A stretch of DNA of 64,000 nucleotides. It comes from an uncultured Candidatus Saccharibacteria bacterium (GTDB lineage: Bacteria; Patescibacteriota; Minisyncoccia; UBA6257; 02-FULL-45-10c). The notes beneath the pieces are model-generated. The model saw only the letters and a program-made list of their open reading frames with translations, was not told the DNA's origin and searched no databases. Where the stretch lies: contig CAYHBW010000001.1 in assembly GCA_964355085.1 (NCBI GenBank), forward strand, positions 4,693 to 68,692, given 5' to 3'. Positions 37,261 through 47,013 of this stretch are shown here, piece by piece (the first letter of the stretch is position 1; each line of letters starts with the position of its first letter). Made by a program: the position numbers and the translations under genes.

Positions 37261-37994
37261 TTGATCGCGCTTCTTATTTTTTCCAGAAATAAAAACTTGC
37301 GACTTTTATGAGTGTAAGTATACTCATCCCCTATCTCGCTGCCGAAAAACATCTTAAATTGCGCGACATTCGATTTTTGCGCAGTGGAATAATTGACTGA
37401 ACCCAGTCCGACATATTCATAATCGTTCTCTTTCCCATATTTACAGATTTCAAAAATCAGCCGCCTGGTCGCGGAACCGATGATCTTATACAGATCCTTG
37501 TTATCATCTCCGATGCTTAATCTTTTGGAAAATATGGCTCTCACCTGCAGATATGGATATAAATCATAACAAGGAACGGCGACAATCAGCTCCCCCTTAT
37601 AATAAGCATTGAAATTCATCAAGCCAGCGAGACTTTCTCGGCTCCATGGCTTACGTCCCTGCGCCAGCTCAAAGTCTCTATAAAGCGCGTAAGTGCCGTG
37701 AAAATCCGTATCGCCCACTGTAAATTTCAATTCAGTAATCTTGAAAGTTTTCATTATTTCCTGCTGCGTCCTTCGGGCAAACTTTGCGGTTATTTCCTCT
37801 AGGGATCCATTCAATCTTATATTCGCCAATTTTTTTTTGATCAGACCGAATCCTTGTTTCTCCAAGCCGAGATCCCGGTATGAGATTACCGTCATATAAT
37901 CGTATTTAGTTTTATCCAATAGTTCTCCTAAGTCCTCGTTCTGATGCAGAACCCTAATCGAATTAAGAAAAAATTTTCTTTTTTTATAGATCAT
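37242..37994 (-). CDS. hypothetical protein, possibly a GNAT-fold (FemAB/Acetyltransf_6-like) acyltransferase
   Basis: 250 aa with no strong motif. Overlaps by 4 nt the stop of the upstream GT4-MT fusion gene. Confidence 0.3.
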   Translation of the reverse strand: MIYKKRKFFLNSIRVLHQNEDLGELLDKTKYDYMTVISYRDLGLEKQGFGLIKKKLANIRLNGSLEEITAKFARRTQQEIMKTFKITELKFTVGDTDFHGTYALYRDFELAQGRKPWSRESLAGLMNFNAYYKGELIVAVPCYDLYPYLQVRAIFSKRLSIGDDNKDLYKIIGSATRRLIFEICKYGKENDYEYVGLGSVNYSTAQKSNVAQFKMFFGSEIGDEYTYTHKSRKFLFLEKIRSAIKKILWF

Positions 37995-39832
37995 TTTTGC
38001 GCTATATAAATAGGAAATTTATCAAGAAAAGCCAGGAGAAAATCCGGCGCATTCAGAATCCTCCGGCTATTTCCGATCATGCGGATATTCCTGAATCCTG
38101 CCGCTGAAAGGCCGCGCTTCTCGCTCCAGACATTATTATAATACTGCATAAGCTGCCCGAATTCATATTCCTCCTTCCGCCAATGGGCGCCCAACCTTAA
38201 TCTGACTAAATTGTTCAATAAAATCTTCCAGCCGGTCGGCGTCCTCGGCACAGCCAAAGAATTATGACTGGAGTAAATGAAAAATCCTCCCGGCCGGAGA
38301 ACTCTTTTTATTTCGCTCATCGCCCTCCTTCTCTCGGATAAAGAGGCCAAATTATCTATGCCGTTAAATGAAAAAAATACCGCGTCAAACGAGCCGTCTT
38401 TGAAGCCCAGTTTTCTCGCATCCATGACCCGGAAATCGATTCCCGGAAAATTCTTCCTCGCCTGGTCGACAAGCGGACCGGAGATATCCACGCCGACCAC
38501 GTCGCAGCCCTTCTCATGTATGAAGGTGGTCGTCCGGCCGGCGCCGCAGCCGAGATCCAGGATATCGGAGCCGGACGGCATATATTCCCTGATGACATGC
38601 TCTTCCCCGGCCCGCAGATATTTTTTAGAATACTCCCTGACCGATGACGGGGAAGAGAATGATTCGATGTTCATGCGCTCGATATCATCCGATTTTGACG
38701 CTCCGCCGAAAAAATCCGCAATCTTTCCAGCTCGTTTCCGCCATGTATGCTCATGCGCGTCATTCAGTGCCTGATCGGATATATTTTTTGAAAAATTTCC
38801 GTCGCCGATAACCTTCAAAATCGCCCTGCCGAGCTCATCCGAGCTCCCGGGAGAAACAAGGACTGAATTGAAAGAATTAAGGATTTCTTTCAGAGAAGGC
38901 AATGCCGTGGAGATGATCGGTCTACCGGAAGCCATATACTCGAAAATCTTAAGCGGCGACATATAGAAACTGTAATGCTCGTTCTCCGGAAACGGGGCTA
39001 TCAGGACATCGAAGGATTTCAGATATTTCGGAATCAGGTCGTGCCTGACCATGCCGGTGAAAATTACGGCGTCTCCGATGCCGGAGCTCTTCGCGATGCT
39101 TCTGTAATGATCGATATCCTCCGGATGTCCGCCGACAAGAACAAGGACGATTTCTTTCTCCGCTTTTAATCCGGAGAACGCCTTGAGAGCGACATCTATT
39201 CCCTTTTCCATCCCGAGCGTCCTAAGCATGCCGACATATCCGACCAATTTTTTATCATGAGGAAGCCCGAGTTCCGTCCTTGCGTCTTCCTTGGAAACAT
39301 CAATATTGAATTTTTCAAGATTGACGGCGTCAGGCGCGACAATTATTTTCCCCGCGCTCACTCCGGATTTGACCATTCTTTCCTTTATGAACGAAGTGAG
39401 AACGACCACGGCATCCGCGTTCTTTAAAGCCCGCAGATAGAATCCTCCGTAATTCTTCGGCAGGGAATGTATCTCCAGGACAGCCATCCGAAAAAGAAGC
39501 CCGACCGAGGACTCACGCGAATAGATGAAATCGTATCTTTTGAAAAGAAGATACAGCCTGGCAACGGCCAGAAATGTCGCCAACTGGAGAAGAAATGTGA
39601 ATCTGTTGCCGCGCTGATGCAGAAAATCGATGCATGGCAGCTTGGTTATTTTGAACTTTCTTTCCACTCCGTAATAATCGAACGGATCCTGATCCGGACT
39701 GCCGGAACGCATCGGGGAAACCAATTCGACGTCAAAACCGCTTTCGGAAAAAGCGGCGCACATCTGCATTATCTGCAGACCATGCGCGGAACTCGCCGGA
39801 AGTTTTGAATTGGAGACATAGACCAGCTTCAT
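37991..39832 (-). CDS. bifunctional fusion: N-terminal GT4 glycosyltransferase (Glycos_transf_1) plus C-terminal class I SAM methyltransferase
   Basis: 613 aa. Residues 1 to about 380 carry GT4 features (VGYVGMLRTLGMEKGIDVALKAF, GRPIISTALPSLKEIL). Residues from about 400 to 613 form a SAM-MT (ILDLGCGAGRTTTFIHEKGCDVVGVDIS motif I, FDAVFFSF, LRPGGFFI). Confidence 0.75.
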   Translation of the reverse strand: MKLVYVSNSKLPASSAHGLQIMQMCAAFSESGFDVELVSPMRSGSPDQDPFDYYGVERKFKITKLPCIDFLHQRGNRFTFLLQLATFLAVARLYLLFKRYDFIYSRESSVGLLFRMAVLEIHSLPKNYGGFYLRALKNADAVVVLTSFIKERMVKSGVSAGKIIVAPDAVNLEKFNIDVSKEDARTELGLPHDKKLVGYVGMLRTLGMEKGIDVALKAFSGLKAEKEIVLVLVGGHPEDIDHYRSIAKSSGIGDAVIFTGMVRHDLIPKYLKSFDVLIAPFPENEHYSFYMSPLKIFEYMASGRPIISTALPSLKEILNSFNSVLVSPGSSDELGRAILKVIGDGNFSKNISDQALNDAHEHTWRKRAGKIADFFGGASKSDDIERMNIESFSSPSSVREYSKKYLRAGEEHVIREYMPSGSDILDLGCGAGRTTTFIHEKGCDVVGVDISGPLVDQARKNFPGIDFRVMDARKLGFKDGSFDAVFFSFNGIDNLASLSERRRAMSEIKRVLRPGGFFIYSSHNSLAVPRTPTGWKILLNNLVRLRLGAHWRKEEYEFGQLMQYYNNVWSEKRGLSAAGFRNIRMIGNSRRILNAPDFLLAFLDKFPIYIAQK

Positions 39833-39836
39833 TATT

Positions 39837-41600
39837 CTATTTAACTGTTTTAAAAATCAAATGGTTTTCAATTTCAACCGATAAGATAAGAAAATCTGAA
39901 GTTCTGAATTCATCCGAAAGATACCCGAATTCCGGATCATCCCTGTCCAAAAGGACATAATCCGCCCCATACTGCGCCAAAGATTTCTCAAACCCGAGAT
40001 TTCTGTAAAAATCCATCTTCCAAAAAACTCTGTCGATATATTCCTGCGGAATAAACTCCGGATCTTCCGACTGTTTGCCGCTTAAAATATCCAAAAGCTT
40101 ATTTCTGACAATCTGGTTCTGATATTTCTCTATGAATTTATTAGCCCAGATTTCAACATTGTGTTCTTTAATATATCCGGCATCGATGTTCTTCCTTAAA
40201 ATATTCTGTATCGCCCATCGGTTCTCAAGTTCGTCGTCCGAAATCATGTAGAGTCCGGAATTCGGATTATAGAAATCATTATTATGAGTGTATATCGGAA
40301 TGAGCTGGATATAATTACCGCCGAGCGAATAAACGACTGAATCCTTTTCCGAATTCGCATTCAGCCATTCCGAGACTCCGGAAAAATCCTGAACTCTGCG
40401 GAATTCCCCGATATCCAGGGGCTCCGCAAACGACAGGATTCCGGAGATGCTGTCTCTCTCCCGATAAGAAATTATTCCCATAACAGCGGTCATCAGGAGA
40501 ATCGCCGCAATCCGACGCGGCCTGATTCCGCCGGAAACATGCGCGACATTCAAAAACCCGGAACAAATCGCAAAAATAATAAATACGAACAGGACCACGA
40601 CCCAATAATAATGCATTGAGAAAGAGAATGCCTTGCCAGTAATGACATTCTGCCAGTTGAGGATTATTCCGCTGAACGCGAGAACAAAAGCGAACACTCC
40701 CCGCCTGCCCGTACCGATACCGGACATCAACAGAACCGCCAATGACAAGAACATAAGCGCGACATTAAAATACGCGTGCGGCCAATGAGTGGAAAGAAAG
40801 CCGAAACGCAGATTCTGATCCAGATAACTGACATCAGCCGCCGCCCTCTGCAGATTCAGGATATACGGAGCCGAAAATAGTCCGGCCGGAACGGCGAACG
40901 CCAGGAAATTTCCGGCATAATATCTGACTCCCTCGGTCCGCAGATAAGCGAGCGCCGCGGCAAACAGGCAATAAACCACAAGAATCGACGACCAGACGAA
41001 AGGATAGATATAAAAAGCGATTCCAAAATCAATTGCAAGGAGGATATTCAGCCGGACATATTCCTTCAAGCTCCTCGTTCCCTCTCCGAATATCTTCCAA
41101 ATCAAAAAAAGACCGAGAAAAAGAAATATGAAGCTGAATTGCGGATTTACCGGTCTATTGAACCAATAATTCAGCACGAAGTAATAACCGGAGGAAAAAA
41201 TCAAAGCCGCGGATCCGGAACCGGATACCGCAAATATCAGAAAATAAAGGGCTGTAACGCCGACGGCCGGCAATACGAAATCATTAAGCGCGAACAATGC
41301 CGGAATTGAAATACGGGAAATACGGGCCATCTCCGCCATGATTATCTCCGCCAGCGGCTGCTGAAGATATGGGGCGCCCTTATGCTCCTTGAGATAAACA
41401 CTGCCGAAATTATAATGTCCGTCGTATGCTTCACGGGTCATCGAAAGATACTGGTCTTCATCATTGTTGAACATCGGATAAATTCCCTTGAAATCAGGGT
41501 TTATCTGCCGGATTGCGGAAACTGTCGGAGCGACGATCAACAAACCTACGGCGAAAGCGGCCGGAATAATCCTCCAATGCGTTCTGAATATGGACATCAT
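39837..41600 (-). CDS. polytopic integral membrane protein of unknown function (possible glycan polymerase or GT-C-like)
   Basis: 587 aa with at least 10 predicted TM helices and an approximately 190-aa C-terminal soluble domain. No family recognised. Confidence 0.4.
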   Translation of the reverse strand: MMSIFRTHWRIIPAAFAVGLLIVAPTVSAIRQINPDFKGIYPMFNNDEDQYLSMTREAYDGHYNFGSVYLKEHKGAPYLQQPLAEIIMAEMARISRISIPALFALNDFVLPAVGVTALYFLIFAVSGSGSAALIFSSGYYFVLNYWFNRPVNPQFSFIFLFLGLFLIWKIFGEGTRSLKEYVRLNILLAIDFGIAFYIYPFVWSSILVVYCLFAAALAYLRTEGVRYYAGNFLAFAVPAGLFSAPYILNLQRAAADVSYLDQNLRFGFLSTHWPHAYFNVALMFLSLAVLLMSGIGTGRRGVFAFVLAFSGIILNWQNVITGKAFSFSMHYYWVVVLFVFIIFAICSGFLNVAHVSGGIRPRRIAAILLMTAVMGIISYRERDSISGILSFAEPLDIGEFRRVQDFSGVSEWLNANSEKDSVVYSLGGNYIQLIPIYTHNNDFYNPNSGLYMISDDELENRWAIQNILRKNIDAGYIKEHNVEIWANKFIEKYQNQIVRNKLLDILSGKQSEDPEFIPQEYIDRVFWKMDFYRNLGFEKSLAQYGADYVLLDRDDPEFGYLSDEFRTSDFLILSVEIENHLIFKTVK

Positions 41601-41604
41601 GGAC

Positions 41605-42348
41605 TTATTTTAACAGAAAAACCCGCCTCCGTAACCAAAGATAGGAATTGCTCAATTTAAGCGTAAATTTGAACAGAGAGGTATCGGAATATATGTCGAT
41701 CCGATTATCCGGAATACGAGCCCCTTTGCTCCGTAAAAAAGACTTCACCTTTTCATTCTTAGCGCCTTTCGGGAAAACAAATATATTGGGAAATCCGTTA
41801 TTTTTGAAATTATTCCTTATGAAATTCGAGGTTACCTCGTATTCATAAAGGACATCCGCCTCGGCCAGCTCTGACAATTGCCTGTGCGAATGGCCGTGAT
41901 TTGCGATTGCAACGCCGCCGGCTTCGAGCGCATGCAAATCGGAAAGCGAGCATATCTCCCTTTCCCTATCGATCGGACGCGTTGAAAATTCCGCCTTTTT
42001 CCCGATCAGACCGTCATTTATGAAAATAGTCGCCGGAAATCCATGACTCCGTAAAACAGGCAGGGCGTTCCGATAAACGTCTCTAAATGCATCGTCAAAG
42101 GTTATCAGAACCGACTTCCCGGCAGATGGGATCTTACCGGATTCGATATCCAGAAAATCCCGCAACGTCAGAACTTTTATGCGTCTGGATTTCAGAAAAT
42201 CCATCTGCCTTCGGAATTCCTCCGTACGCACGGAAATAGGGGTCTCGCCGTCGGAGACGGAATGATATGTAAGTACGACTGGATAACGGAAAAACATGGC
42301 GTCTATTCCGGATAAAATCTGATTGATTGATTTTAAGAAATAGATCAT
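41605..42348 (-). CDS. polysaccharide deacetylase (NodB homology, CE4)
   Basis: LTYHSVSD...ITFDDAFRDVYRNALPVLRSHGFPATIFI...ANHGHSHRQLSEL gives the NodB motifs (TFDD, H-x-x-H). Confidence 0.8.
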   Translation of the reverse strand: MIYFLKSINQILSGIDAMFFRYPVVLTYHSVSDGETPISVRTEEFRRQMDFLKSRRIKVLTLRDFLDIESGKIPSAGKSVLITFDDAFRDVYRNALPVLRSHGFPATIFINDGLIGKKAEFSTRPIDREREICSLSDLHALEAGGVAIANHGHSHRQLSELAEADVLYEYEVTSNFIRNNFKNNGFPNIFVFPKGAKNEKVKSFLRSKGARIPDNRIDIYSDTSLFKFTLKLSNSYLWLRRRVFLLK

Positions 42349-42470
42349 TTGTTTAGGCAGCTGATTTTATTGAAAAATGAAACAATAAATCGCTTGCATT
42401 AGTTACATTATTGCATGAAAACAAGTTCGCACAAAAGATAACGGACGAGAAAATAAATTAAAATAAGAAA

Positions 42471-43508
42471 ATGAAAAAAATTCTTAGCATCGTCATTCCA
42501 ACCTATAACAGGGTCAACTTTCTAAAAACGAATGTCGAATTATTAATCAATCAGATTAAAACCGCAAAGCTTGAAAATATTGTTGAAGTGATAATCTCGA
42601 ATGACGCGTCGAAAGATGAGACAGCCGATTTCATAAATCATATAAACAAATCGTATGATTTCCTTCGCGGATTCAATCATATAAAAAATAAAGGCTTTTC
42701 GAAAAACGTCGAATTTCTAATTAGTAAATCAGTCGGAGAATATGTATTGATTTGCGGAGATGACGACCTGATTATCGATAAAGCCATCACCCGCATACTC
42801 GATAAGATAAAGAAAAAAAAGCCGAATTTCATATTGATCAACACATCGAATATAATATCAATCGATGACGCTAATAAAAATATCCGAACCGTTTCAGAAA
42901 ACCGATTAAATATCGACAAAGATATATTTGTTGAAGATTTTAAAAAAGATTCCAAAATTCTTGATTCGGCGAGGAACTGGCTTTATCTTACTAACTTCAT
43001 AACAGCAAATGTATTTAAAAAGGATATTTTTATATCCAAGGAAATTGATGCGAGAAAATTCGTGCGGAAAGAAAACGCATATGCATTCCAAGCCCCAATA
43101 ATCATCGGGATTGCCACTCTTGGGAGATTCCTGATAATTTCGGACTGCCTCGTTCTGCATCGCAAGACTGAGCCGAATTGGACGGCGGATTACCAGGGGA
43201 TTTTCGTCATAGACATACTTGATAGCACGGAGATATCCAAATTAATAAAAAATTATATTCCAAATGAATATAAAAAATATAAAAAACTCTACGCGGCCTT
43301 CATTCTTGATGATTTCATACTTGAAATTAAAAGGCGGAAGGATAAATTGAGCATACGAAAGTTCGCCTCGATAGCATTTTATAAAAATATAGACTGCTTT
43401 CCGGAAAATATTAAATTTTTACTTGTAGCGATCGCACCGAAAATTTCCGCATACATAGCAACAAAAATTCGGGCGAATAGGATTAAATCAAGTGGAAAAA
43501 CCTTCTAG
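42471..43508 (+). CDS. GT2 family glycosyltransferase (GT-A fold)
   Basis: LSIVIPTYNRVNFL...ISNDASKDET...ICGDDDLI has the GT2 N-terminal motifs and a DxD. Confidence 0.75.
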   Translation: MKKILSIVIPTYNRVNFLKTNVELLINQIKTAKLENIVEVIISNDASKDETADFINHINKSYDFLRGFNHIKNKGFSKNVEFLISKSVGEYVLICGDDDLIIDKAITRILDKIKKKKPNFILINTSNIISIDDANKNIRTVSENRLNIDKDIFVEDFKKDSKILDSARNWLYLTNFITANVFKKDIFISKEIDARKFVRKENAYAFQAPIIIGIATLGRFLIISDCLVLHRKTEPNWTADYQGIFVIDILDSTEISKLIKNYIPNEYKKYKKLYAAFILDDFILEIKRRKDKLSIRKFASIAFYKNIDCFPENIKFLLVAIAPKISAYIATKIRANRIKSSGKTF

Positions 43509-43581
43509 TATGAAATTTGCTAGGTTCGCACGTTTTTGTTAATATAATCAAAATAATTCACATATAAATTAACAACAAATT

Positions 43582-44811
43582 ATGAAAATGGAAAACAAGA
43601 GAAGGGTCTTGTATGCCGAAGCTGTTTATGGCCAATCAGAAATTGACGCAGTCGTTAAAGTTCTTAAAAATCCTAAAAAGATCGGCGCCGGAGAATTAGT
43701 TGGGGAATTCGAGAATAAAATATCTCGACTATTCGGAAAGAAATATGGCGTTATGGTCAATTCGGGATCCTCCGCCAATCTTATCGCCTTGGAAGCCCTT
43801 AATCTTCCAAGAGGTTCCGAGATAATAACTCCTATCCTCACATTCGGAACAACGTTGAGCCCCATAATCCAAAAAGGGCTGATTCCTGTATTTGTTGACG
43901 TAAAACCAGGAACATACATAATAGATCCGGATAAAATTGAGCCCATGATAACGAAGAAGACAAGGGCCCTGATGATTCCGTCCTTGATGGGAAATATTCC
44001 GGACCTGATTAAGCTCAAAAAAATAGCCGACAAATACGATCTCTGGATAATTGAAGACTCCTGCGACACGCTTGGTGCAAAATTCGCCGGAAAACCGACC
44101 GGTCAATATACGGACATATCAGTCACAAGTTTCTACGCGTCACACATCATAACAGCCGCCGGAGGAGGAGGGATGGCCTGCTTTAATGATAAAAATATGG
44201 CCAGGAGAGCCCGGGTGATATCGAGCTGGGGAAGAGAATCGACCAATTTCGGATTTCACGAAAAGTCCGAGAATCTGGATAAAAGATTCTCCGGAAGAAT
44301 TGAAGGTCGTGTCTACGATGCCAAATTCATCTTCAGTGAGGTCGGATATAATTTCCAGGTTCCTGAAATGTTCGGCGCCTTCGGACTTGAGCAACTTAAA
44401 AAATTTCCGAAGTTCGCGCAACGACGCAAGAAAAATTTTAAGGAAATGCTTTCGTTTTTCAAAAAATATGATAGATATTTCATTTTGCCGAAACAAACAG
44501 ATAAATCAGAAACAAATTGGCTTGCATTTCCTTTAACGATTAAGCCGGGTGCGGGTTTTTCCAGACATGAAATAACAAAATATCTTGAAGAAAACGGAAT
44601 ACAGACAAGACCGGTGTTCACCGGAAATGCGCTAAAGCAGCCGGCTTTCAAAAATCTGATAAGAGGGGGGGCAAGAAAAATGAGCTGTCCAGTGGCAGAC
44701 GATGTGACCCTGAATGGATTTGTGATCGGTTGCCATCACGGGCTCAAAAAGCCTGATACTTCCTACGTCAAAAGAAAATTCGAGCAATTCCTCGGCGAAT
44801 ATGCCGAATAA
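43582..44811 (+). CDS. DegT-family PLP/PMP enzyme, RfbH/DdhC (E1 dehydrase)-like
   Basis: 409 aa. The N-terminus VLYAEAVYGQSEIDAVVKVLKNPKKIGAGELVGEFENKI...VNSGSSANLIALEAL resembles RfbH-type CDP-6-deoxy-4-keto-hexose 3-dehydrases. Also SFYASHIITAAGGGGMA. Confidence 0.6.
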   Translation: MKMENKRRVLYAEAVYGQSEIDAVVKVLKNPKKIGAGELVGEFENKISRLFGKKYGVMVNSGSSANLIALEALNLPRGSEIITPILTFGTTLSPIIQKGLIPVFVDVKPGTYIIDPDKIEPMITKKTRALMIPSLMGNIPDLIKLKKIADKYDLWIIEDSCDTLGAKFAGKPTGQYTDISVTSFYASHIITAAGGGGMACFNDKNMARRARVISSWGRESTNFGFHEKSENLDKRFSGRIEGRVYDAKFIFSEVGYNFQVPEMFGAFGLEQLKKFPKFAQRRKKNFKEMLSFFKKYDRYFILPKQTDKSETNWLAFPLTIKPGAGFSRHEITKYLEENGIQTRPVFTGNALKQPAFKNLIRGGARKMSCPVADDVTLNGFVIGCHHGLKKPDTSYVKRKFEQFLGEYAE

Positions 44812-44851
44812 TTTCCGGAGCGTCCATAGGACGTATTTTGAAGAAATATAA

Positions 44852-45340
44852 TTATTTTGAATTTCTATAAAACTTTTTCAGCAATCTTATTTCCGGAATC
44901 TGCGTTTTCAAAAATTTCCTTGGTAACTTATCGATATTGAAATATTTCCCGTCAATCGGAAGACTTGCTGGTCTCGCGGAAAATAAAAGACTGATGCCGT
45001 ATTCCCTTATATCCCGATACTCGTAATAACCGACAAAATTTATTTTGGCTATCTTGATGCCAAGCTCTTCCTTAGCGACAAGTTTTAATCTAGAAATCAC
45101 ATTGTCATTGTTGCGCAAAATCATTCCTGGGATATGCCAATTATCATAAAATTCATCTTTTCGATAGGTAAGCAATATATTTCGGTCATCCTTTATGACA
45201 GCAAGATCGATGGCGATCATCGGAACCGCCTTGCACATAGCCACAAAAACCGGATATGGCAATGGCCAACGAACTCTTGAAAGAAGGCGCGCTAATAATG
45301 ATATCTCACCTTCAGTCAAAACGCGGTATTTTGGGGACAT
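44852..45340 (-). CDS. NUDIX-like hydrolase (GDP-mannose mannosyl hydrolase / WcaH-like candidate)
   Basis: 162 aa with a degenerate Nudix-box-like segment (ILRNNDNVISRLKLVAKEELGIKI). Size and glycan-locus context fit Gmm/WcaH. Weak. Confidence 0.35.
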   Translation of the reverse strand: MSPKYRVLTEGEISLLARLLSRVRWPLPYPVFVAMCKAVPMIAIDLAVIKDDRNILLTYRKDEFYDNWHIPGMILRNNDNVISRLKLVAKEELGIKIAKINFVGYYEYRDIREYGISLLFSARPASLPIDGKYFNIDKLPRKFLKTQIPEIRLLKKFYRNSK

Positions 45341-45503
45341 AAAATGATACTGATTTGAAACTTATTTATAAATTTATAGGTTATATTATTACATAAAAAA
45401 TAGGCGATGCCAATCAAATTATTAGGGAGTATGCTTTAAGGGATTAACTGAAAATTCACAAAACACGGATAACATTTAGAACATCGTAAATAATCAAAAA
45501 ACT

Positions 45504-47009
45504 ATGAAAGGTTGCATAGTTCTACAAAGGCGCTTCGCCCCAATCGGGCATGCAATCGCGTTGGAACTTAAAAATAAATATGAAGTAAATGAGTTCTGCG
45601 GTTATGTGATTGCCAGGAATGCGGAGTATTTTGCAAAATCCAGAAAAGACATAGTTTATACAGACCTTCTGATGGATGAGGACCTGCGTAACCGATCTAA
45701 AAACGAAAAGCTAGACATCGAATACCTAAAAAGGATTGAATCCGAATATGGCTTCCCAAATCTTTGGCCGTTTATAGCCATAGACAGAACTCTCATGATG
45801 GATATCCCAAGAAAAGAATATTCCATCTCCCCTGCTCCGCCATATACCCATGAAGAAATGCTTAAAATCCTGCAAATCAAATTCCGGGAAATAATAAAAT
45901 TTCTTAAAAAAGAAAGGCCCGATTTCATAATCGGTGTAAATGTCGGTTCAATCGGCGCAATGATTCTTTATTATGTCGCAAAAAAAGAAGGAATTAAATT
46001 TTATACTGCTGAAAATGCAAAAATCGGCAATCGTATAACTTTCAGCGACGATTATAAGACATTATCCGGAATGGAAAATATATTTACTGACATCCGGAAA
46101 CGAAATTACGAAAGCCCGAACCGCAAAGAGGCGGAAAGATTTTTGAAAAGATTCCGGGATAATCCGGAGCCTCCCGCCTTTGCAATTGAAGAAAAAGAAA
46201 ATGGCCGGTGGGAAAAAATCGCCTCATTGCCTTTAAAATTTTTGAGATCTTTGTCTTTCACTATAAAATCTGTAATCCTATATGCGAAAAACCCGCGCAA
46301 AGAAGACATGACGACAGAAAATCCATTTTTTCTTTTCAGAAATAAGCTTATAAGAAAAATACGGGGATTAAGGAATCTCCAGGCCCTTTATGACGCAGTG
46401 GACCTGAAAGAGGATTTTGCTTATTTCCCATTGCACTTTGAGCCGGAAATCACCACTCTGCTCTATGCCCCATTTTACACCGACCAGATCAATCTTATCC
46501 GGCAAATCGCAAAATCCTTGCCAATACATTTCAAAATATACGTTAAAGAGCATCCTTCAATGCTCGAATATCGCCCAACTGAATATTATCGGGAACTTAA
46601 GAAAATTCCTAATTTGAAGCTGATAAATCCCAAACAGAGCTCGCTGGACCTGATTAAAAATTCAAAAATGATCGTTACGATTTCCGGAACTGCGGGGTTC
46701 GAAGCATCACTTCTCAAGAAGCCCGTCATCACTTTCGGTGACATATTTTATAACTGCCTTTCATTCGTGAAAAAATGCGGACCCATCGAAGAACTGCCGA
46801 ATCTTGTGAAAAAACAATTGGAAAATTTCCAATATGACGAAAAAGAAATGGTTGATTTCCTTTCCGCGCTTTTCGAAGACACGACTGCGCTTGATCTTTC
46901 CAATGCCTGGGGAAGCGGAGATGGAAATCAATTGGAAGCCATGGTGAAACAACCGGAATTCCATAAATTTGTGGCTTCCCTGGCGCATAAACTTAATCTG
47001 AAAAATTAA
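45504..47009 (+). CDS. capsule polysaccharide biosynthesis protein, KpsS/KpsC/LpsZ-like (Capsule_synth family; Kdo / nonulosonic-acid transferase candidate)
   Basis: 501 aa. The C-terminal block KEHPSMLEY...MIVTISGTAGFEASLLKKPVITFGDIFYN matches the conserved HP...SSvG(f/l)EAll.gkPV...G..fY core of KpsS/KpsC-type transferases. Confidence 0.45.
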   Translation: MKGCIVLQRRFAPIGHAIALELKNKYEVNEFCGYVIARNAEYFAKSRKDIVYTDLLMDEDLRNRSKNEKLDIEYLKRIESEYGFPNLWPFIAIDRTLMMDIPRKEYSISPAPPYTHEEMLKILQIKFREIIKFLKKERPDFIIGVNVGSIGAMILYYVAKKEGIKFYTAENAKIGNRITFSDDYKTLSGMENIFTDIRKRNYESPNRKEAERFLKRFRDNPEPPAFAIEEKENGRWEKIASLPLKFLRSLSFTIKSVILYAKNPRKEDMTTENPFFLFRNKLIRKIRGLRNLQALYDAVDLKEDFAYFPLHFEPEITTLLYAPFYTDQINLIRQIAKSLPIHFKIYVKEHPSMLEYRPTEYYRELKKIPNLKLINPKQSSLDLIKNSKMIVTISGTAGFEASLLKKPVITFGDIFYNCLSFVKKCGPIEELPNLVKKQLENFQYDEKEMVDFLSALFEDTTALDLSNAWGSGDGNQLEAMVKQPEFHKFVASLAHKLNLKN

Positions 47010-47013
47010 AGGA

